From positions 1 through 59,921 of the IMG/VR virus record IMGVR_UViG_3300037560_000117: DNA of 59,921 nucleotides, one strand, 5' to 3'. A program made the position numbers and the translations under genes. Source of the DNA: a virus (taxonomy: Duplodnaviria; Caudoviricetes). The notes beneath the pieces were generated by a model that made no database searches, was not told the DNA's origin, and saw only the letters and a list, made by a program, of their open reading frames with translations. Within the stretch, counting starts at the first letter, position 1. Each line of letters opens with the position of its first letter. This document shows positions 20,036 through 27,061 of the stretch, in pieces.

Positions 20036-20232
20036 TAGATTTGTCCTGTTCGTTTGGTGTCACCCCACTTGGAAGGAGTGCTACCGATTACGGAGACCTG
20101 TGGCCTCAGTCTACCGGCGCAACAATCCTCGCACATAGGAGCAGGCATCTGCTCGTGCTCCTCGTGTGTCAATAGTCTCTCGATTTTTTCGTCGCACTTG
20201 GGGTTGTCACACGCGTATTCGTAGAGTGGCAT
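20035..20232 (-). CDS. FmdB-family zinc-ribbon protein
   Basis: MPLYEYAC...C...CEDC. Confidence 0.8.
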   Translation of the reverse strand: MPLYEYACDNPKCDEKIERLLTHEEHEQMPAPMCEDCCAGRLRPQVSVIGSTPSKWGDTKRTGQI

Positions 20233-20249
20233 TAGAGCTTCCTTTGATT

Positions 20250-20840
20250 TTAACCCCGAAAGACGGGTTCGGTTACGTGTGAGTTTGAGCCTTGTGGCAT
20301 CTTGTCTATATCGATAGGCCGTGTGGCCTTCCCTTGCGTCATCTTGGCCTTATCTTCGGTCCGTTTTTGGCGCACTTCGAATTGTCTGCGCCATCTACGG
20401 AGCCACTTGTGTGCCTCTTTGTGGATTTTACGGGACTGTTGGCGTGAGTGGCTCTTGTCATGCGACATTTGAAGTAGGGACTCATACATGTGGCGTGCGT
20501 GGTCTGGACACTCAGCTGTGTCGTGTTGTTTACCATCCCGCAATATCGCATGTTTTCCACAACCCATACAGGCCAAGATCGGTACCTCGACGCAGTGCCG
20601 TGGCAGTTTGAGTATCTCGCCCCATGGCGTACGGGCTATCACATGCTCGTCTAATATATCGCCGATCATCAGAGGTGTGCGAGTGGCATCAACCGAGTAG
20701 GATGTGAATACCAACTGTCCCATGCCCTTGATCGGGTGTTCTGCTGTTTTGTCTATGTCTTCGGTGACTGTCAGTTTCATACGTCCCCCGAATTTATCTT
20801 CGCACCACAGGCGAAGCATGTAACGTTCTCGTGTGAGCAA
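20250..20840 (-). CDS. Hypothetical protein (start probably near 20780)
   Basis: ORF containing CxxC; coupled to neighbours. Confidence 0.5.
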   Translation of the reverse strand: MLTRERYMLRLWCEDKFGGRMKLTVTEDIDKTAEHPIKGMGQLVFTSYSVDATRTPLMIGDILDEHVIARTPWGEILKLPRHCVEVPILACMGCGKHAILRDGKQHDTAECPDHARHMYESLLQMSHDKSHSRQQSRKIHKEAHKWLRRWRRQFEVRQKRTEDKAKMTQGKATRPIDIDKMPQGSNSHVTEPVFRG

Positions 20841-21100
20841 TCGGCGTGCTCACCGTCGTAACGTGACCAGATCACACTATAGCATAGGCACCACAGGGAG
20901 ATTTGGTGTGTGAGGAAGCTACGCGGGTCACACTGGAAGGTGAAATCCAAGTCCCGTGCGTCTGGACCTTCAATCCCGACCGCAATTTCGATGCTCCCGA
21001 TACGTGTGTGCCACTTCTTTTCGTACCAGTGCGGGCCAAGAAAACCCACGACGAGGTTTGCCACAATCAACAGCGCAAGAATGTATAGTAGTGTAATCAT
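20777..21100 (-). CDS. Membrane-anchored hypothetical protein
   Basis: N-terminal hydrophobic helix. Confidence 0.55.
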   Translation of the reverse strand: MITLLYILALLIVANLVVGFLGPHWYEKKWHTRIGSIEIAVGIEGPDARDLDFTFQCDPRSFLTHQISLWCLCYSVIWSRYDGEHADCSHENVTCFACGAKINSGDV

Positions 21101-21483
21101 TAGTCGAACTCCCTGTCTATTACGATTGGGTTCCCGTCAATTTCTCGTGGGCCATTTTTCCCTGCGAAGTTTTCGAGTGCGTCCTTTTCCACCTTACGTT
21201 CAATGATACCGATGATGTCAGATTCCCGCATAACGAGGACCTGTGCGCCGTCGATGGTCAACTTGGACCCGACGAACTTAGACCATAGCACGTGATCGCC
21301 TACCTGTAGTGAGGTGGGGATTAGCACGCCATTGTCGTAGCGTCCTGTGCCCGCGCTGATAACAACGCCGGATGTTGGGATTTTGTTGTTGTCTGATGTC
21401 GTTATGATGATGCCCTGTGCGGTTCTTTCTTCAACCGAGTCGGGTACAATAACGATGCGATCTAATAGCGGTATGAAAGCCAT
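21100..21483 (-). CDS. groES: Co-chaperonin GroES
   Basis: MAFIPLLDRIVI, TAQGIII, GVVISAGTG, VGDHVL and MRESDIIGII; start 21483 after AAGGAG (the longer ORF overlaps tRNA-Trp). Confidence 0.95.
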   Translation of the reverse strand: MAFIPLLDRIVIVPDSVEERTAQGIIITTSDNNKIPTSGVVISAGTGRYDNGVLIPTSLQVGDHVLWSKFVGSKLTIDGAQVLVMRESDIIGIIERKVEKDALENFAGKNGPREIDGNPIVIDREFD

Positions 21484-21584
21484 GTGTGGCTCCTTTTTAG
21501 AAGTTAATAATAGACGATGGGTGATCTGATCTACTAGTAAATTTTCACCAGCTAGACCATCTATTACATATTGTGTGTGTGATT

Positions 21585-21659
21585 TGGCAGACCCAGTAGG
21601 AATCGAACCTACCCAGTCGATTTTGGAGACCAACTCGCCGCCTTGGAACATGCGGGCCT
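21585..21659 (-). tRNA. trnW: tRNA-Trp (CCA)
   Basis: Acceptor AGGCCCG/TGGGTCT, anticodon loop CTCCAAA, T-arm GTAGG-TTCGATT-CCTAC, encoded CCA. Confidence 0.85.
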
Positions 21660-21667
21660 GTGTGATT

Positions 21668-21793
21668 TGATTTGCTCGGTAGGATTCGAACCTACAGCTT
21701 GGCCTTACGGTTGTCAATTGTCCTGCCGGTATATCACGTGCAGGGTGCTCTGCCTTGCAGGGGAGTGTTCCCGTGTCTTCGAGCTACGAACTC
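21668..21793 (-). ncRNA. tRNA-like RNA with expanded D-loop, 13-nt anticodon loop and long variable region
   Basis: TA-GCTC...GAGC D-stem, CCTGC/GCAGG stem, perfect T-arm GTAGG-TTCGAAT-CCTAC, partial acceptor stem. Confidence 0.65.
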
Positions 21794-21801
21794 ATGTAAT
21801 T

Positions 21802-21892
21802 TGTGGTTGTAGTCGGAATCAAACCGACGTCTTTATGTGTGTGTGATTGTGCACGTCACACACATACTGTTCTGCCACTGAACTATACATCC
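21802..21892 (-). ncRNA. tRNA-like RNA with anticodon arm replaced by a long hairpin
   Basis: Acceptor GGATGTA/TACAACC, D-arm TAGTTCAGTGGCAGAAC, hairpin TATGTGTGTGA...TCACACACACATA, T-arm GTCGG-TTTGATT-CCGAC. Confidence 0.7.
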
Positions 21893-21898
21893 GTAATT

Positions 21899-21985
21899 TG
21901 GTTACGCGACAGGGCAGACCGGATTTGAACCGGCGACCTTGCGAACTCGCCGCTCTACCAACTGAGCTACTGGCCCTGTCGTCGC
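21899..21985 (-). ncRNA. tRNA-like RNA lacking an anticodon loop, with extended acceptor stem and 3' ACCA
   Basis: Canonical D-arm TAGCTCAGTTGGTAGAGC, mini-arm GCGAGTTCGC, AGGTC, T-arm GCCGG-TTCAAAT-CCGGT, CGACAGGG/CCCTGTCG extension. Confidence 0.75.
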
Positions 21986-21990
21986 ATTTT

Positions 21991-22151
21991 GTGAACACTC
22001 ACTACGTAATGCGGGGAACCTAATATCCCGCGCCAATCAAGGTCGTTACCATGGTAACTGGCTCGATCCCGTCACATACTCGGATTCGTCAATCGACTCA
22101 GTGTGATGGCTCTTTAAGGCTACGTGAGCTAATTACGCAGTGAATGTTCAT
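21991..22151 (-). ncRNA. ~160-nt giant cloverleaf RNA
   Basis: 19-bp closing stem whose two mismatches are G-U pairs only on the minus strand; TA-GCTC...GAGC D-like arm; three further hairpins. Confidence 0.65.
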
Positions 22152-22160
22152 GTGTGATTT

Positions 22161-22230
22161 TAGGTCCCATCATGATAACTTTACCTGAACGGTCGCGAGC
22201 CGCCCTCGAAGTTATCAATGATGGGGTCCG
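22161..22230 (-). ncRNA. ~70-nt rod-shaped structured RNA
   Basis: CCCATCAT/ATGATGGG and GATAACTT/AAGTTATC stems, internal loop, GGCGG/CCGTT apical stem. Confidence 0.5.
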
Positions 22231-22234
22231 ATTT

Positions 22235-22309
22235 TGGGCGGAGCAACCAGATTTGAACTGGTGACCTCCCGCTCCATAGCGGGTGCGCTACCAACTGTGC
22301 CATACTCCG
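22235..22309 (-). tRNA. tRNA-Pro(TGG)-like with a 6-nt anticodon loop (atypical or pseudo)
   Basis: 5' CGGAGTA/TGCTCCG acceptor, CCCGC-TATGGA-GCGGG anticodon arm, ACCAG-TTCAAAT-CTGGT T-arm, C73 + CCA. Confidence 0.7.
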
Positions 22310-22314
22310 CAATT

Positions 22315-22389
22315 TGGTGTACCCACAAGGATTCGAACCCTCGATCTCACTGGGTATAAGCCAATGCGCTTTCCTTAAGCTATAAGCAC
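22315..22389 (-). tRNA. tRNA-Ile (TAT), atypical
   Basis: CATTGG-CTTATAC-CCAGTG anticodon arm, GGTTCGAATCC T-loop, A73-CCA; G-U-rich acceptor stem. Confidence 0.7.
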
Positions 22390-22400
22390 GTGTGATTTAG

Positions 22401-22484
22401 TTTGCGGGTGATCGCGTACAGGTACCGGATGTGCGCACATCTAATGGTACCGGAGGACGGCCCTATTGGGACACAGCCCGCAAA
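22401..22484 (-). ncRNA. ~85-nt multibranch structured RNA
   Basis: TTTGCGGG/CCCGCAAA closing stem; GGTACC/GGTACC and GATGTG/CACATC internal stems; same spacer motif as the rest of the array. Confidence 0.45.
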
Positions 22485-22983
22485 TTTTGTGTGAAGCGTT
22501 AGGCCCGCAATGCGGGGGTCGCGCCTCCTGCTCTTATCGAAAATTTCCCAAAGTCGAGAGATGCCCTCAGGCAAATCAATCGCATTGCTCTAGCTCTGTG
22601 TGACATCACACGCCGCACACTACTTAGTGAGTGACGCACGCATGATACCGTGTGTGTGACCACGGCTACTGTGTGAGTGTGTGAACAAGTCGATGGCGCA
22701 CTGGCGGCTCGCACACTAACTGCCGTGTGTGCGATGCGGGGCTACACCATCAGCTTGTTTATTGGCACGTGTGCTGTGTGAGTGGGAGACACCGACGTTG
22801 ATCAGAGCGTACGTGTCAACGGCGTGTGTCTGCTACCATCACACGTATTTTAGAGTGTGTGGGCAGTCCGTATCTCACGGTCGTGGATATCACATGGACC
22901 GTGCGGGACACTGCCGCACACTTACTCAAGCGTGTCACACTACTTTCACACGCCATGAACGTGTTACATTTCGTGTGAGGTGC

Positions 22984-23379
22984 TTATTTTGGGATATGTG
23001 CAATGCGTCGTATCACCTCGTTTATAACGTGTGATTGTATGACACTGCTTCCGCGTGCTTCACGTATCAGTTCACCGGAGATTGTCACACGATCAAGATC
23101 GCTACACTGAGTACAGGGGAAACAATGTGACGTCGCATCAGGCTTCAGCACACACTCACTATCTTCTACTTCGGTGAATCGCACGTACCGACGCCAGATG
23201 CGCTTGAATAGTCGGTCGTACGGATACCACGTAATCGCACGGAAGGTAGGATATACCAAGCCAAGTGCGAGAGCTGATTCACGGTCACCGGTAATGGCCC
23301 ACGTGTAAAGGAAGAGGATCACACAGCCGAGCAACTCCCAGAGTACGCCCTTGGCGAGTGTGTTATATTTGATTTTCAT
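22984..23379 (-). CDS. DUF2061-like small membrane protein
   Basis: TLAKGVLWELLG...AITGD...ALALG...WYPYDRLF pattern. Confidence 0.6.
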   Translation of the reverse strand: MKIKYNTLAKGVLWELLGCVILFLYTWAITGDRESALALGLVYPTFRAITWYPYDRLFKRIWRRYVRFTEVEDSECVLKPDATSHCFPCTQCSDLDRVTISGELIREARGSSVIQSHVINEVIRRIAHIPK

Positions 23380-23641
23380 GTGTGTGTGCCTCTATTAGAT
23401 TATGCTGTACCCCTGTTAGAATGCGCTGTACGGCGACGCGGAACTCTCGGCCCTTGAGCCGTGTGAGTTGCTTCGCCTGCTGTGTGATGTTACACTTGCT
23501 GAGCCAGTCCGCATTCGAAAGCAGCGATGCGTATACTGAGTTGGGGTGCCACGTCGCAATGTCAGTGACGGTCACTTTAGCGTGCGGCTGTTTAATGCCA
23601 CGGTAAGCGGCTATATCGGAGGGGATGTGTGTGACGGTCAT
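23363..23641 (-). CDS. Hypothetical protein
   Basis: AGGAAG RBS; overlaps the next gene. Confidence 0.55.
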   Translation of the reverse strand: MTVTHIPSDIAAYRGIKQPHAKVTVTDIATWHPNSVYASLLSNADWLSKCNITQQAKQLTRLKGREFRVAVQRILTGVQHNLIEAHTHENQI

Positions 23642-23711
23642 ATAAACTTCCTGTGTGTGCGTGTGTCACTCACTATATAGTGTGTGAGTGGCGTGTGTGT
23701 GACGAAGCCCG

Positions 23712-23943
23712 GCAGCAAACGGGAGCGATAGATGGCTGCTGGTCGGCCCTTGGCCGGTTTACGCGGAGCGTTCCGGATTAGTTGATGCGAGTGTGTGACG
23801 GCTTAATATGCATTGCGTCTCTCCTGTGTATGTGACTCGCATCGGTTTGCGGTTGCGTGTGTGCGTCGCTCACTACTTAGTGTGTGTGTGATGTCACACG
23901 CGGCGGAGGATGCGACGCAGCGAACGGGAGTAATAGATGGCTG
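23712..23943. repeat. Two copies of a 27-bp motif (23712-23738 and 23917-23943) in a non-coding region
   Basis: GCAGC(A/G)AACGGGAG(CG/TA)ATAGATGGCTG. Confidence 0.8.
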
Positions 23944-24170
23944 TTTACGCCCTGCGTTTCCTCCGTGCGTCGGTCGCCGTCCAGCCCCTATAAGTTTAGC
24001 CGTATGATCGACCCGCCCGTACCGAGAGGAACGACTAACCTGACTATGCAACGCATTGCACATACACCCCCCTAGAGGGCCTCCAATGCGACACACCCCG
24101 TCCACAGTGCGATGCCTTGGAATGCCTGCCCAAGCGTGCAGTATACCTCGTATCCCTTAGGGATATAGAG

Positions 24171-24454
24171 TCCTCACGGTCCTGACGGTACTGACGTGTT
24201 CCGGAGTGTGTATGTAACCGTACGCTGAACGCAGGGCGGTACCTCTCCGTGCCTCGAACCCTCATTGGACCCGTTAGACGGTACGTTCCGACGTGTAATC
24301 GAACGCCATACGTACCACGGTAGCCATGTGTCCCGGAAAGTGCCCGCCTAACGCTCCGATATGTATCCGGCGCACGGGGAGGGGTCACCGTTACATTTGC
24401 GTACTCCGAATGGATGTCCACAGAGCCGTTAGGACCGTCAGGACCGTCCGGACC
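24171..24454. repeat. Inverted clusters of a 9-bp iteron-like repeat (ACGGTCCTG) at 24171-24196 and 24426-24454
   Basis: tcctcacggtcctgacggtactgacg versus ccgttaggaccgtcaggaccgtccggacc; same motif at 52435-52529. Confidence 0.75.
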
Positions 24455-24836
24455 TTGAGCTAATACCGGACTTATTAGGTGTGAACTTCACCGTGCCATC
24501 GGCGATGCCCTTTTTTAGAGCGTTACTACACCTTGGCATTGCTAGTCGCCTACTGGGCTTAACTTCATCCTTCATGGCCCTGACTCCCCGATACAACTCG
24601 CCTAGATCGGCACCGGCCCTGAGACGAAACACCGTGCCACCTACTCTAATAACCGCACGCTCCTTGGACCGAATTGTAAAAGCCGTACGTGTAAACGCCG
24701 TGCAATTATCCTTGAGCCAGTACACAAACTCCGACACTCTAGTTATACCAGTGGGAGCGTTGTCATCGAGCGGTATCTTGTCTAACTCGATAAACATCAG
24801 TTGCTTGAATTTTTTATTGGTCATTTTCGCCTCCAC
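24438..24836 (-). CDS. Hypothetical basic protein
   Basis: ORF coupled to the upstream paralogue cluster. Confidence 0.55.
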   Translation of the reverse strand: MEAKMTNKKFKQLMFIELDKIPLDDNAPTGITRVSEFVYWLKDNCTAFTRTAFTIRSKERAVIRVGGTVFRLRAGADLGELYRGVRAMKDEVKPSRRLAMPRCSNALKKGIADGTVKFTPNKSGISSRSGRS

Positions 24837-25083
24837 ACGGATTGTATTGTTTCTTTGACAGAGTGTCGCGCCACTGCCTCGGACAATACCACCACGGTTC
24901 GGAGTATGGATTACCTTTGGGCAGGTAGCTGTACATATCGAATCCGCAATCTGGGCAGATGTGCTTGCAGGTCAACAAGTACCACCGTCGTACGGCAGGC
25001 GCGTACGCCCATGTGATGCCGATTATCATAAGGGCACCGACAACGAGATTTATGATAACGGACGGGTGTGAGAACATTGTCAT
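24814..25083 (-). CDS. TM + zinc-finger protein, paralogue 3
   Basis: TM helix, PAVRRWYLLTCKHICPDC...WYCP...YNPC. Confidence 0.75.
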   Translation of the reverse strand: MTMFSHPSVIINLVVGALMIIGITWAYAPAVRRWYLLTCKHICPDCGFDMYSYLPKGNPYSEPWWYCPRQWRDTLSKKQYNPCGGENDQ

Positions 25084-25403
25084 GCGTTCCTCCTTCGTTT
25101 GGCCCGTTGGGACTTTGAGTAAGAATGGTGCGGTGACGCGACTGGTACTTCACCGCACGGGTTATAACTTCTAAGGAAGTCGTAGTTATGGGTGAGTTTT
25201 GGACAGTAGAACACACGATCATCAGCTCCACAACCTCGAACCATATAGCTTACCATAAGGCGGCGACAGTCTGAGCATTGGTGCCTGCAAGTCAACAGAT
25301 ACCAACGGCGAACTGCGGGTATAAAATAATACAGCCCGCAGAGTATCATGCCACCTAAAGCGATACACATTACCCACGCTGAGCCGGTTTGTAGTTCGGT
25401 CAT
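25080..25403 (-). CDS. TM + zinc-finger protein, paralogue 2
   Basis: PAVRRWYLLTCRHQCSDC...FYCPK...YNPC. Confidence 0.75.
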   Translation of the reverse strand: MTELQTGSAWVMCIALGGMILCGLYYFIPAVRRWYLLTCRHQCSDCRRLMVSYMVRGCGADDRVFYCPKLTHNYDFLRSYNPCGEVPVASPHHSYSKSQRAKRRRNA

Positions 25404-25672
25404 CGCCTATCTCCTTGTCTTTCGCACGGGTTATACATTCTGGAATTATAATTTCTGTGCGTCAACTTCGGACAATACCAGATGGTAATAACCGAGAAAG
25501 GATCACTGCCACAACCTCGAATACGACTTACCATATTAAATCTGCAGTCTGGACAGATGTGTTTGCGTGTCAACAGGTACCACCGCCGTATGATCGGTAT
25601 TACTTCCCGCACGGCTCCGGCCACTACTATTGCAAGTGCGACCAACACCACCAACATCGATGGGTGTGTCAT
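25400..25672 (-). CDS. TM + zinc-finger protein, paralogue 1
   Basis: PIIRRWYLLTRKHICPDC...WYCPK...YNPC. Confidence 0.75.
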   Translation of the reverse strand: MTHPSMLVVLVALAIVVAGAVREVIPIIRRWYLLTRKHICPDCRFNMVSRIRGCGSDPFSVITIWYCPKLTHRNYNSRMYNPCERQGDRR

Positions 25673-26055
25673 TGTTTGTCTCCGTAATCTATCGCTACGA
25701 TCTCATTGTTTAACCAGCCCCAACTATCGGCTTTGTGTTCTGCTAATACCCATGCGATTTCTCTGTCTCCGAGGTCGCCTTGCCTTATACTGCCCTCAAA
25801 CAACCCAAATTCGGTGTCTGTTAGTTCCTTCGCCCTTAGCATCACATTGCAAAATCCCCACACACAAAATACAACAGGGCATAGGTGCGTGTGACCAGCC
25901 TTGAACAGACGATACTCGTTGATGTTCTGGATGATTCCCTTGCACAGACTATCGAGATAACCAAAAGCGAAGTTGTAGTTATGGCAACGGGGGAATTTGA
26001 GGGCGTATTTTCCTGTTAAAACAACCCAACGTGTACAGCCTCGTTTAATTGTCAT
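25669..26055 (-). CDS. Minimal protein-kinase-like fold protein
   Basis: GCTRWV, YALKFP, NINE, EHKADSWG and VAIDYG correspond to kinase subdomains. Confidence 0.55.
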   Translation of the reverse strand: MTIKRGCTRWVVLTGKYALKFPRCHNYNFAFGYLDSLCKGIIQNINEYRLFKAGHTHLCPVVFCVWGFCNVMLRAKELTDTEFGLFEGSIRQGDLGDREIAWVLAEHKADSWGWLNNEIVAIDYGDKQ

Positions 26056-26292
26056 AGGCCTCTCCTTTGTTTACGTTCAATTTCGCGGTCCTCTCGGTAG
26101 CTTCGCATCAGCGGCGGTAGTTTGCTAAGCAACACGACTATTGCAAGGACGCAAACACCTATAATACATAGGGGGTAGTTCATTATTCTTTCCTTCGGTT
26201 ATAACATTTAGGGCACCAACAATCCCAGTGGTTAAAACGGCCCCACAGGCGACGGAGTACGGCGGCGGCGGTTTTGATTACAGCATGTACAT

Positions 26293-26541
26293 TCACTTGG
26301 TCTCACCTCCCCGCACTCTACGGACCAGATCGTCCAGTGTGTCTGCGATGGTCTTGGCGATGGTAGGGTCGCACATGGAGTCAAGCCCACGTCTCAACAG
26401 GAGAATGAGGACCTGACCTTCGGTGGCGTTGGTATCCTTGGCTATGCGCTGGATTGTCTCTAGTGCCTTGCCACTGACGTTGATCTTGTATTGTGTCTTT
26501 AGTGTTGACATTTTGACCACTCGGCCGTTTTTCATTCCCAT
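26293..26541 (-). CDS. Ribbon-helix-helix-like DNA-binding protein, copy 2
   Basis: YKINVSGKALETIQRIAKD...QVLILLLRRGL. Confidence 0.55.
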   Translation of the reverse strand: MGMKNGRVVKMSTLKTQYKINVSGKALETIQRIAKDTNATEGQVLILLLRRGLDSMCDPTIAKTIADTLDDLVRRVRGGETK

Positions 26542-26687
26542 TAGATTTCTCTTTGCTTCTTGTAATGTGACGTTGGCTAAAATCTCGGCTCATTTTTCAT
26601 CTTTACGGCGTTGACGGTACCGCACTTGGGTAAAGTACCAACATAGCCAAGCCACACCAAACAGAATGACGCCGATTTGTGCGATGG

Positions 26688-26900
26688 TCATTTGTTCTTC
26701 TTCGCGGAGTATATCTTTGATTCCACCGCATTTAGTTTTAACTCGATGTCGATTGCTTGAACGGGCATTTCACGTAACGCCTGCACACCAAGTCTGAGAG
26801 CGGTCAACACGACTTGAACAGGTAATATCTCTCTGTCTTTGGCTATCTGCTCGATCAACTCCGCCGCATTGCCCTTGGTTGTAATTTTAAATTTTCCCAC
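26688..26900 (-). CDS. Ribbon-helix-helix-like DNA-binding protein, copy 1
   Basis: GTG start at 26900 after AAGGAG; FKITTKGNAAELIEQIAKD...QVVLTALRLGV. Confidence 0.55.
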   Translation of the reverse strand: MGKFKITTKGNAAELIEQIAKDREILPVQVVLTALRLGVQALREMPVQAIDIELKLNAVESKIYSAKKNK

Positions 26901-27061
26901 GGGTTCTCCTTCGTGCTTCTTGTAATGTGACGTTGGATAAGATTTCTGCGTGCTTTCTGTCTCGTTTGTCATTCATTCGTCTATCGTACATCCTCCCTGC
27001 CACAAACACGAAAATACCCGCTATCCCTACTATTCCCAATAAATACCACATTCGCTTCTCC

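Noticed and set aside
21484-21717. N-terminal extension of GroES in the ORF track
   Set aside because: Overlaps tRNA-Trp; a strong RBS supports the start at 21483
22075-22105. Hammerhead-like CUGA...GAA in the giant cloverleaf
   Set aside because: Lacks the full CUGANGA and GAAA core
22161-22230. SRP (4.5S) RNA
   Set aside because: No GNRA-capped helix 8 with the conserved CAGG/AGCA symmetric loop
22496-22583. Tenth structured unit of the array
   Set aside because: Some hairpins are present, but no convincing closing stem could be assigned by eye, so it is not annotated separately
22762-22778. Plus-strand TTGGCACG as a fourth sigma-54 promoter
   Set aside because: The -12 element is CTGT rather than TTGC, and no plus-strand gene follows
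26590-26592. Genome-wide TGA or TAG recoding
   Set aside because: Core genes are intact in code 11, many end in TGA or TAG with coupled starts, and no suppressor tRNA was found
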